NCBI GenBank assembly: GCA_041659045.1
Contig: JBAZZB010000003.1
Location: forward strand, 28,212 to 92,211
Reading direction: 5' to 3'
Source of the DNA: Patescibacteria group bacterium
Lineage (GTDB): Bacteria; Patescibacteriota; Patescibacteriia; SG8-24; DYFX01
Length of the DNA stretch: 64,000 nucleotides
Shown: piece after piece, positions 28,579-39,600 of the stretch
Numbering within the stretch: position 1 is the first letter of the stretch
How the letters are laid out: the number at the start of each line of letters is the position of its first letter
The notes under the pieces: generated by a model
What the model saw: only the letters and a program-made list of their open reading frames with translations
Database searches by the model: none
Told to the model about the DNA's origin: nothing
Program-made: the position numbers and the translations under genes

Positions 28579-29564
28579 GGCTTCTTGCTGAAGCTATTGG
28601 TGAACATACGGAAGGTTGTCTTCAGCGCGTTCGGCCAAGGCTCCGTCGGCCCGCCTGCTTCACCTTCGCCGTAGGACTGGACGTATGCGAGACGATAGAT
28701 CTTGCCTTCAAGGTTGATATACGCGATAACGCCGTCTGACGCACGGACACCTTCAAGTCCGGACTTCGTGGAAAATTGCTCAACCTGCGTCGGGGAAACG
28801 CTTGGATTCCTCGTCAGATACCAGTCTAGGACGGATTGCGCGTCGGGATTTTCCTCTTTGCGCACTTCAAGATATTCGAAACTTCCGATCGCGAAAACAT
28901 AGGCATTCCAGAATTCTTGGAAACTACCGCCGCCCGGTGTCAGCACCCTGAATGCATCGTTGGCGTCCGCAAACGGAACGACAAGATTCGCTTCTTCAAG
29001 TTTTGTCGGCTTGAAACCAATTGGATTGTACAGGTTTGTGACTTCGAGGCCGTCTGAGTAGCCGTCGCCGTCCGTGTCGCTGTTCAGAGGACCTGTCTTG
29101 TACATTCCCTCTTCAAAATTCGTCAGTCCATCATTATCCGGATCCAGCGCGTCATCATTCGGCGGCGTCGCTGGCGTGGTTGTGGCGGGTTCCGGCTGAG
29201 GTTGCGGTTCTGGTTGTGGCTGGGGTTCGGGTTGAGGCTGCGGCGTCGGGAGGGTGACTGAAGGCGCAACAGGCTGCGCGGGCGGATCTGGACGAAGGAA
29301 CCACCAAATTGCAAAGCCCATACCGGCCAAAAGCACGACGGCAATAATCGGGATGAGAATCCATTTCTTGCTGCCAGATTCTTTTTTCGGTTTTGGAGGT
29401 TCGTTCGACGCAGGACTTGGCACGATCGCCATCGATGTCGTCGGGACAGGCATGTCTTTCGGCAGCTGCGCCTTTGCCGCCACGCCATAAAACTGTTCGG
29501 GGATCGTGTAGATCACCGGATCTTTCGGGGCGGCGGCGCTTTGCGGTGCTGGCTGCTCGGGCAT
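28575..29564 (-). CDS. membrane-anchored protein with PQPEPQ linker and thrombospondin-type-3-like Ca-binding repeats
   Basis: Single TM (WILIPIIAVVLLAGMGFAIWWF), (PQPE)n linker, DPDNDGLTNFEE and DTDGDGYSDGLE D-x-D-x-DG repeats, and a C-terminal domain of about 150 aa. Track M1 is TTG; first ATG at 29564. ATGA overlap with the ybeY start. Confidence 0.6.
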   Translation of the reverse strand: MPEQPAPQSAAAPKDPVIYTIPEQFYGVAAKAQLPKDMPVPTTSMAIVPSPASNEPPKPKKESGSKKWILIPIIAVVLLAGMGFAIWWFLRPDPPAQPVAPSVTLPTPQPQPEPQPQPEPQPQPEPATTTPATPPNDDALDPDNDGLTNFEEGMYKTGPLNSDTDGDGYSDGLEVTNLYNPIGFKPTKLEEANLVVPFADANDAFRVLTPGGGSFQEFWNAYVFAIGSFEYLEVRKEENPDAQSVLDWYLTRNPSVSPTQVEQFSTKSGLEGVRASDGVIAYINLEGKIYRLAYVQSYGEGEAGGPTEPWPNALKTTFRMFTNSFSKKP

Positions 29565-29579
29565 GGCTTTCAAACGTGG

Positions 29580-30176
29580 TTACGGAGCGGGCGGGATCTG
29601 AAGGAGTTTTCCCGCGCCTTTCGGATTGTAGCCGTTTCTGACTTCGTCGCCGTCTTTGAACGTATCGGCGTCCGTATCAACATTGTTCGGATCCGTCATG
29701 TAGACTTCGACTTCTTCTCGGTCGGAGAGCCCGTCGTTGTCTGTGTCGACCATGCCGGCATTCGTGCCGATTTGACTCTCACGCATATCACTCAGACCAT
29801 CGCCATCGCTATCGATTTCCGGCTGAGGCGGTGTTGGCTGCAGCTCGGGCTGCGGCTGTGGTTGAGGTTCAGGTTGTGGCTGGGGCGTGGGTTGCGGTTC
29901 GGGCGTAGGAAGTTGCACTGCGGGTTCCACAGGAACTTTACTGCCACGAAGCGAGAAGTAGGCTGCTGCGCCGCCGCCGATCAAGACGACGACAAGCACG
30001 AGAATCAGAATCCCCTTCTTGCCGAAAGCGGCTTGCTGCATCACGACACCTTGGCTCGCCGCGACCGGAGCTGCAGCTCCAGGCATCTGCGGAGGAACGT
30101 TCGTCGGTTTTTCGGAAGGAATCTCGGCGAAGATATCAGCCGGTTCGGTTTTGTCGTCGAAGAGGAAGAAGATCAT
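29580..30176 (-). CDS. membrane-anchored protein with PQPEPQ linker and TSP3-like repeats (paralog)
   Basis: TM (ILILVLVVVLIGGGAAAYF), (PQPx)n linker, DSDGDGLSD / DTDNDGLSD / DTDADTFKDGDE repeats. Confidence 0.6.
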   Translation of the reverse strand: MIFFLFDDKTEPADIFAEIPSEKPTNVPPQMPGAAAPVAASQGVVMQQAAFGKKGILILVLVVVLIGGGAAAYFSLRGSKVPVEPAVQLPTPEPQPTPQPQPEPQPQPQPELQPTPPQPEIDSDGDGLSDMRESQIGTNAGMVDTDNDGLSDREEVEVYMTDPNNVDTDADTFKDGDEVRNGYNPKGAGKLLQIPPAP

Positions 30177-30182
30177 ACCTTT

Positions 30183-30659
30183 TTATTCTACACAAAATAC
30201 CGGACGCTGTCCTGCGGCACTCGCTTCTTGCTGACGCGTCGCGACCCACGTTTTATCCTGCGTCTTGCCGTCCGTCATCGCTTTGAGCGGATCCGTGCAA
30301 AAAGAACGCACTTCGTCGAGGTCGCTGAGCCCGTCACTATCCGTATCCTTGCGATTCGGATCCGTGCGAAGCATCGCCTCTTCCCCATCGATCAAGCCGT
30401 CGTTATCGCTGTCTTTTTGTGCCGCTTCGGACAAGATCGGCGGAGAATCTCTTTCAAGAGGAACAATGCCATCGGGCTTCGACGTCGCCGGGGAGCCTGG
30501 AACCGGCGTCGGTTTCGCCCCAGTTTCTGTAACAGGAGCAGGAACCTCGACCCCCGGAACCGCAAGGCGTGCCGCGCGAGCGCGGAGGATGATCACGACC
30601 GTTGCGGTTCCTGCGAGGAAAACGGCGACAAGGCTAATGATGATGACAAGTCGCTTCAT
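30183..30659 (-). CDS. membrane-anchored protein with TSP3-like repeats (paralog)
   Basis: N-terminal TM (LVIIISLVAVFLAGTATVVIIL), DSDNDGLIDGEE and DTDSDGLSDLDE repeats. Starts 1 nt after the giant gene's stop. Confidence 0.6.
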   Translation of the reverse strand: MKRLVIIISLVAVFLAGTATVVIILRARAARLAVPGVEVPAPVTETGAKPTPVPGSPATSKPDGIVPLERDSPPILSEAAQKDSDNDGLIDGEEAMLRTDPNRKDTDSDGLSDLDEVRSFCTDPLKAMTDGKTQDKTWVATRQQEASAAGQRPVFCVE

Positions 30660-30660
30660 A

Positions 30661-33600
30661 TTAATCGTTCGCGTTCGGGCCGTCGGCTCTGTTTACGTAC
30701 TTGTTCTTCAGTGTGAAACGTCCTTCGGTCGAGGAGGCCGTCTTGTCGATACGACCGATGTACCACATGCAAGGGTTTCCAGAGATGTCCGAGACGCTCG
30801 TGAGTGTGCGAGTCGTGCCGGTTGTGATACCAGAGACGCTCGCAGCTGATCCTGCTTCGATCGTGAAGATGGAGTTTCCTTTGATCGTCGAGCTGGCTCC
30901 CTTCCACCAACCGGTGTTGCGATCGAAGAGCGGTGCCAGGCCGTAGTTTCCATCAACGAAGCAGCTGCCGCCGTTGGCAAAGACATGGTAGGTACCCTGC
31001 GGCAATGACTGGGTCGAGAGCACCATGATTTCAGGGTCTGTTGCGTGCGTGCCGCCCGTTACGTCCCAGAAGAGCTGGATGTGATCGGTCGAGAAGTTGC
31101 CGTTGCCGACATAGCGCGTATCCGGTGAGCCGTCTTTCCAGCCGAAGTAACGCGTTTGTCCCGCGAGCGGACCTGAGCTGTAGACCGCTTTCACGTACAA
31201 GTCGACTTCGTTTGCTGCCGTGTGCGGCGTAGGCCACGAGATCTTGAAGCGGAAGTCGCCTGGGAGAAGTGTGCCGTTGTCGCAACCGCCGGTATAGAGA
31301 CCACAACCTCTTGAGCACAGCACCTGGCCGGCCGTACCGGCACCCTGTGAGGCGCAAGACGGGGCCGCGCCGCCCGCGAATCTGTTTGTGTCGCAGACTT
31401 CACCGTAGGTCGATTGAATCGTATTGTCGCCGCAATAGCCGCCATTCGGATCGTAGACGCAATCGTTACGGCAGACGTACGTCGTGCCTTGGCCGCGCGC
31501 TTCCGGATCACCCTGACCATCGCACTGCTCACCGAACAATCCTTGCTTCACGCCATCACCACAGAACGCCGCGCTCTTCGCATTCGTGCCGAAGCAGGCG
31601 TTTGAACAGTAGTTACAAGAACCATCGAGACGATACGCGACGCACGGACCATTTGCTCCGCATTCGGCATCGCTCGTACAAAGGCGACCGTTGACCTTAC
31701 ATTTTCTGGCCGTCGCGGCCGCTTGCGTGTTGGTGTACGGCTCCGGCTGACACTGCGTGTTATACGCAATGCACTGACCTTCGCCACCCTGACAATACTG
31801 ACCTGCGGCGCAATCTCCAGCAGCGCGGCAAGGCGCACCTTCCGGCGCAGCCGTACCTGTGCCCGTATACGGAGCGTAGGTGCCCGGGTCGAGTTCCAAC
31901 CCCGTACCATCAAAACCGGTATCAGCGCGGTCTGGGGGCGTTGTCGCAGTGGTGACAACGAGGTTCTGCGTGCGCGCCGACATGTTTCCATTGCCATCGA
32001 ACGCGTTGATCGTGATCGTGTGGATGCCCGCTGAAAGCTGACCGACGTTGACGGAGCAAGCCGCGGTCGCCAGGCGCGGATTAAACCGACAGGTTGTTCT
32101 CAATACTTGGACAGCGGCCGTCGTGAGATAGATATCGATGTTGTCGACGAGTGCGGCAGCGTCCGTCACATCCGAAACGGTGATGACAACCGAGTCGTTC
32201 GTTGTCGGACTTGTCGGAGCTGTCGTGATCGCGCCAATCGCGGGAGGAGTCGTGTCGCCAGGAACGCCGGCATTGCACTCACCGGGGCCGCACGTCGCGA
32301 AGGTGACGATCGAACCAGCAAAACGTCGCGCGGCCTCACCAAGAGGACCGAACATCGGAATCTCCACATCAGAACGCGCGAACGTTGATGAGGCGGGTGC
32401 GGCACTCGTGCTCGTGGACGCGCCCGGATAGTTGCGGCAGACGCCCGGCAAGCAGTCGTTGTTCGTCGTGCAACCCTTCACCCCGCTCGTATCAGACGGA
32501 TTCTGGTACGTGCGGCTGCACCAAGCTGTCACCGGACCTGGGTCGCACGTTTCCGGCGGCGCCGAAATTGTCCTATCGCCACAGAAGGCACCGGAAATTG
32601 TTTCAATGGAGCAATCGTTCTTGCAGTAGTTGCAGACAGAACCGTATTGCGGCGTGCAGAGAACTCCGTTGGCCGTGCCGTTGTCGCATTGTTCAACGCC
32701 GGTGCGTACGAAACCATCGTTACAGACGTTGAGCCTGCAGGTCGCGAGACACGTGCCGTTCGGAGAGTTTGCCGCGCCAGCATCGCACTGCTCGGCACCT
32801 TCAACAACACCGTTGCCACAAGCACCGGAAGGACGGCAGATTGACCAATCGTTAAAGGTGCACGCATCGCCAACAGGTTCCGTTGCCGCTTTGCAGCTCT
32901 TGGTACGCGTTTGTGGAAGACCTCCGGTTGTGGCGGCACAGAGCGAGCATGTTTCACCCGTGGCGCAATCAGAAGTTCTGGCGCAAGAAGCGAAGTCGCG
33001 CGGCGCGGTATTTGTATCAACCAACGAGAAGCCGGTTGGGACACAAACACCCTGGGTACTTGTCTGGTTTGCATCGCATTGTTCACCACCGTTGGTACTG
33101 CCATCACCGCAACGAGGACCGGGACCACGGCAGTCCCACGCACAGAAACCGTACTCGCCGTTTCTGGCACCGTCATCACACACTTCAGAACCATTTTTCA
33201 CGCCGTCACCGCAGAAATTCATGCGATCGGTACACACGGACGGATACGGCAAGCCGGAGCAGTCGGAGTTCGTACTGCACGCTTGTCCAAGGTCACAGCT
33301 TCCGTCCGCGCAGTTGCCGTCGAACGACGCGCGCTTGGCGATGTTGACGCAACGCTTCACGCAACCAAGACTACCGCTGCGGCAGCGACCGTACTGGCCG
33401 TTTTGAGCGCCATCATCGCACGATTCACCAGCAAACGATTCAAGGGATCCGTTGCCACACGCAGCAGCTCCAGGGCAAGCCGTCTGCACTTGCCATGTGC
33501 AAGCAGCGTTGCACGTTTCAAAATCTTGTCCGCCGGAGGCACAGGCGACGTTGCGCGTCATGCCGACTTCGCACTCTTCTGTACCTTCAAGCAAACCATT

Positions 33601-36600
33601 ACCACAGGCACCACCAGCAGCTGGGCCGACGAGAGGTACGCCGACTGGCATACACGCATCTTGCGGAGCGCACTGGCTGGAAGAGGTGCAGCTCGCACCC
33701 GTCGCGAGACATGCTCGCGGCGCGGTTGAAGGCTGACCGGAGCAGACTGGAGAAATCGTGATACGCGTCTGGCAGCTACCGGTCGTCGGACCGGAAGGAA
33801 CCCACGAGCAACCCAGCGCAGCATCGCAAGCGAACGCGCTCGGTTTCGATGAACAAGACGTTCCCAACCATTGATAGGTGACGTATTCGAAGTCGACGGC
33901 CATGCGGTAGTCGATGCCGCCGATCGCGCGATACTGGTAGACGTGCGAGTTTGCGGGGCAAGCGAAGATGCCGATCTTGTCGTTGTAGCACGTCTCTGCT
34001 TCGAACGTGGCGCGGCAGACATCCCCTGCTCCACCTGTGCAATCAGAATTCACAGAGCACGCAACACGGCTGATGGAACACTCGGAACCGAACGCTTCGC
34101 AACGATTAAAGGCATTGATCGGATCAACGACACTGCCGGCTCCGCCGAGCTGCTGGCTCCACGAAGGCCACTTGGATGTCGTGAAACCGCGCACGAAACT
34201 GCCGGATTCGAGTTTCGGATAGAAGCCGGTCTGTTCGCGCGACGTCTCGAGCGATTGTTCGATCACACGCATATCCTGCCAGCGGCGCATGTCGCGGCGG
34301 ATCTTGTCTTTGTCGGCGTCACAGCGCATGCCCGCAGGACCGTTCGGCAATGCGCGATCGCAATCAAGATTGCTGCTGCAGGTAATCGGTGCCGTGTTTT
34401 CTGCGGTCAGGTGGAGCAATTCTCCAGCGGCGTTCTTACATACGTTCGTCACGCGATCCGAAGGCACCAAATTCGTGTTGAAGTTGATGTTGCTGACGAG
34501 ACGATTAAAGATTTCCGCCGTGCGCGGGTCCGCGTGATCGTTAAACGCGAAGACGTAGATGTATGAGCGGAGATCCGGATCGCCGTATTTGTCGGCCGCG
34601 CCGATATAGACCGTGCGTTCGTCTTTGATCGCCATGTAGCCATCGACTGTCGCGCTCTGAGTCTTGCCCGAGAAGCGCTGGGCGACGTACCACTCTTGCG
34701 GCGTAAGACGGTCACTGTTTTCGTACACGCGCACACCAATGGCGTCAGAAACCTTCCACTCCGACTGGAAGCGGTACAAGAGGTCTTTGGAGCGGCAGGT
34801 GTCGCCGGCGTTGCAGTCCGCGTTCGTCGTGCAGGCGCGCGATTGCGAGAAATCGGTTGTCGCGGCGCAGAAGCGCAGCAAGCCAGAACCACCAACCGAC
34901 TGTCCTTGCGTCGGAGCGCTCATGAGCTCCGGCAGTGCGGCACCGGCGTTGTCGCGGCAATAATAGAATTCGAAGTGCGTCTGCGGATCGACATACGGTG
35001 CCCAAGCACCCGTCGAGACATCGCGGCGCGGCCACGGCATCTGGCAGAGCATGACCGTGATCGTCGATTTCCCGACTTTGTCCTGACCCGCCGTCGTAGG
35101 CGTGAGTGCCGTATCCGTTGTAATACGAGCGGTCGCAGCAACCTGTTCCTGACCGTTCAAGCCCTTTTTCGCTTGAACGATTGTGGATGGAGCACCCGCA
35201 ACAGCCGTCATGTCGAGAATCGGACCAACCGTGGCGCTCTCCGGGATATTCGCCCAGCTCCACGACCAGTCATAGACGCCAGGAACGGGAGAAATTGCTT
35301 CAAGACGACCACCACGGTCGGTCATCGCCGTCGCGGTGATCGTGAGAGGAATCGCAGAGTCCTGGATGAGTTCCGTCGCCGGCGACGTTTGCACGACGTC
35401 AAAGCGGCAGACATCCGAACCCGTCGTGAAGTCCTGCACGGTGTTGGCGCCTTCGGGATAGCCGACACCCTTGATCGTTTTCACACCCGTCGCTCCGCCA
35501 CGTGCCGTCACGCGATAGAGTCGGTTGGGGCTCAACATCTGTTTCGGAGCGAACGTAGAAATCGTGCGCACCGATGCGTCGGGCGCCGTGACATTCACGT
35601 GCGTAAAGGCGCCTTCGATCGGCGCACAGATATGCGAAGCGGATGCTTCCATGCCGACCAAGGAGCGGAAGAAGCGGCCGACAGAGGAAGCGGCGCGCGC
35701 GAACCACGAGCGCGGGCCTTTTTCGTTGAAGGCGTGGCTCGGGCACGATTCGACGACGAGACCACCCTGCAACGAGCCGGTATTCATTTCTTCGCCGAAC
35801 TCGACGCTGATCTGGACGTTCCGGCATTCGTTGCCGCCCTTCGGATTAATATCCGGCGCGTCCGGACGCGGGAAACAGCACGCTCCGGCGCCGCACGAAA
35901 GATTCGGTCCAAAGGCGGAGCAGTCACTGTCAGCGCGGCAAGAGCACTCAACATTCACGCTCCCCTGTCCGGAGACCGTGCCGATCGCGGCTGTTACCGA
36001 AGCGCTGCAGTTATTGCGGGCGTCGCACTGATTACGCGCTTCGATGACTTGCATCGGATCGATGTTCGCATCGAGCGCCAACGCTTCGCATTCTTCACCG
36101 CCACCGTTTTGAGCATTCGTCAGAGGGTCCGCAGGCTGCATGCTAATAACAGTGTCGCCGCAATAGGCGCGAAGTTCCGGATCGGAACCCGTCCTCGTGC
36201 AACGCGTCGAACAACCGGAAGAGGCGTCGCCGTTCTTGGCGGCCGCGTCGCAGTTTTCACCTTTCGCGGGTTCGATCACGCCGTTGCCACAGCAGTTGGT
36301 GCCGGCAGTGCACGTGACGGGGTTTCCGCGCAGCAAGCAGCTTTGTCCGCAGGCGAAATTCGGACGCGTCGGATTACGTTCATCCGTCGCGCCAAGCGCC
36401 GCAGGCGGGCGTCCAGCGATGAGAAGCTGCGTGGCAAGACCTCCAGCTCCAAGTATGTAGTCGCACTGTTCGCCTGGCGTTTCCAATAAGCCGTTGCCGC
36501 AAACATAGACGTTCTGGCGAGAACCTTCGAGTACGCAGCGCGAGCTGCAGCCGTCGCCATCTTGCGTATTGCCATCGTCGCACGCTTCGCCAACGCCTGT

Positions 36601-39600
36601 GGAGCCGTTGCCGCAAGCCGAGAGTCCAGGGGTGGAACCGACGAGCAAACAGGACGTCGTGCAACCAGCCGCTGCGGTACCATTCGCGGCACCCGCATCG
36701 CACTCTTCTCCGCGATCTGCCTGTACCGTGCTGTCACCGCAACCGTTCGTGAGCGTATTGCCTGTCGACAAGCAGTTCGCATTGCAACCATTCAGCCCGG
36801 GCGTATCACACGCTTCGCCACGTTCAAGCGTGCCGTTGCCGCATGAAGGCGTTCCTGCTGGCTGACTTCCTGTCATGAGACAGTTGGTCGAACAGCCAGC
36901 CGGAAGAATCGGATTGGTGTTGAGAAGCGTACCCGGCGGCACGTCAGGCAAAAGACGAATCGAAACAGGTGAAGCCGGGTTCTGTGCCTTGCTCCATGCC
37001 CAGTTATAGGAAGACGCGTTGAGCATCTGGCCGTTTGCGGCACAGGTGTCAGGAGAGCTCAGTGGCATGGCTGTGATCGGCGATACTTCACCGATGTAGC
37101 GCAGCGTCGTCTGTTGCGGAGCCAGGGTCACGCTTTGCGGACCGCACGGATCGCCGCTTAGGCGCGTGCGGAAAATCCAGCTGAAAGCATTCCCAGAATA
37201 GTTCAGACCCGTGAGAGGCGCTTGGCTCGTACTCTGTGCAGTGCCGAGAATAACGGCGCGGTACCAGGTGTTCGGCGCGAGCGCGACGTTGCCGAACGAC
37301 AAGAGTCTCGCCGGCGCGTTGTAGTTCGGCGCGAGCGGTACTTCACCCTCGAACGTCAGACACGACTCGTTGCGGCAGCGATACAAGCGCACATTCGAAA
37401 GAATGCTGCTGGGACCGCTTTCAGCCATCGGCGTGTTGAAGTAGGCGAAACCGACCGTGTTGACGCAGGCTTCGTTGCAGTCGTGCGGGCCATACTCAAC
37501 AACGCGCGGGTTGGCGTAATCAACCGTCAGCAAACCGGAGTCTGCAAAACCATCGACCGTCGAACGGATTTGGATCGGCGGACCTGGGTCGGTTTCGGAA
37601 ACCGGCGTCGCGACCGCTTCGCACTGGCGCGAACCGCCAAGCGAAACAATCGTCGCTTTACCCGGATCGGTCGAAGCCCAGTTCACGGTGCGACCAGCGC
37701 AGGAAAGAATGATGCAGCGGCTCGATAGCGGGAACGCTTGATAATCCTTGGTTTCGTCGGCAGCGGCAATCAGCGCGCTCGTCGGTTGCACGTCGACACC
37801 GGAAATCACGCAAGGACCAGCCCCTGTTTTGAAGGACGTAACATAGGCGCCACCTGCGCGACCATCGAAGTTGCCGTCGAGCACCTGTGCTCCCCTCTCG
37901 GCTGTACCGAGGCTGCGTACCTGGTCTCGGATCGTCAGCCGATACCACGTGTTCGGCGCGAGTCCGTTTACCGGCAACACGAGTTGCGAGCGGCCGTCGG
38001 TGTCGTAATCGAGAAGACTCGGCGCTCCAGCACCCGCGACAGCAGAACACGTTGTTGAGATCGTTGCTCCCGTGCCACAAGCTTCAAAGACGACGTTCGC
38101 GGCGTTGAACGTGGCAGGATCCATCGGCAAGCTGAAACGTGCCGTCATGGTTCCCATGTCGGTACAGACGTCGGTCATGCCCTTGAAGGGGTTCGGGCTC
38201 GGCATAGCCGAAGGAGCCGTGGCTTGGCACGTCGCGTTCTCCATGACGATCGGGAACACCGGAATCGGTCCGGTCGAGAACTGCCATGCAAAACCACCAG
38301 CAGCGGCCGCAGCACCGCACGACGCGCGGCAAGCACCATCATCGCAGCAGCTGCGTCCGCTACCGCACGAAGCATCGCCACCACTCTCGCGGCAATCACG
38401 AATCTGGAAATTTACACCATTGGATTCAGCCGGTGTCGCACCAACAAACGTGCGCACACGCACCGGACCCGTCGTCGCGCCATCGGGAACCGACGCAGCA
38501 ATCGAAGACGACTGCCACTGGCCGATTGAAGAGGCGTTGATGTTGTCGTTGAAACGAACAGCGTCAGGATGCGCGGTGATGAAGGCCGGAAGATCGGCGC
38601 CGGAAATCGTGCCGAAACCGTCGCCGTAGAGCGTCACCGCGGTGCCGATCGGGCCGTTGTCGGGATCGACGCGGCAGAGGCCAGGCGTGAGCGGATCGGT
38701 ATTGATCGTAAACGGAATTGCGTTTGATACGCGACCGTCGGAACGCACAACCGTGACGTTGTACGCACCAAGCGCGACCGCCGTGTCAGCCGGCGTCGTG
38801 AAACGCGCAGGAACTTTGACGGTGACGCTGGCGTTCGTCCAATAGCCCGCCGCGCATTGCGCCGGGAAACTGATATCACCGACCGCTTCGCCCGCAGCAT
38901 TCCTGAAACGCACCGTGCCGCCGGAACCAAAGTTCGAACCGAAGAGCGACACGTACGTGCCAACCGATCCGTCTTCTGGCGTGATGAATTCGACGCGCGG
39001 TTCGGTTCCCGCTTCAGGAGGTTCGACGCGAAGACATGCTGTGTTCGAGGGCTGTCCCGCAACCGTTACGCGCAACAAGAAATTCGAACCATCAAAATCT
39101 GTTTCAACGTTCGGAATTGTCGGCGAGAAGGACGTTTCACTCCACGGAGACACCTGGGAAGCTTCCGCAGCCGTCGTCCAATCTTGAATTTGAGAACAAT
39201 CGGCACCGGCGCGCGTAATTTGCACGCGTGAATCACCCTGTGCCGCGCCAAAGGCGAGACCGGTCACAACGACCGTATTCCCCGTTTTCACCGAAGCCGG
39301 AGCGACCGAACAAATACCCGGACGTGCGACGTCGTTCACCTGGAAATCGGTGATGATCGGTCCGTAGGCATCGTTCGTCGCGTCTTGGCGTCCTCCGGAA
39401 GCAGCGACGCGAATCGGTCCCGTAACCGCGCCTTGCGGCACGAGTACGACAATACGATTGTCACTCCAAGCGTTTGCGCATTGTGCGACGGTCGCCACTT
39501 GATCATCCCCTGCCGCCGCCGTACCCAAGAACGTCACGGTACCCGCCGTCGATCCGAAACGATCACCCGTGATCGTCACGAGGTTACCGGGACGACCGTC

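Noticed and set aside
28575-30200. Possible CRISPR-like or intergenic tandem repeats in the PQPEPQ regions (also 55960-56350)
   Set aside because: The repeats are in frame inside ORFs and encode Pro-rich linkers. They lack spacer/repeat alternation and there are no cas genes.
34696-36489. 597-aa ORF antisense inside the giant gene, plus many other 100-330-aa antisense ORFs across 31-40 kb
   Set aside because: Arg-rich nonsense products opposite a continuous 10-kb coding frame with clear domain structure; these are GC-driven shadow ORFs.
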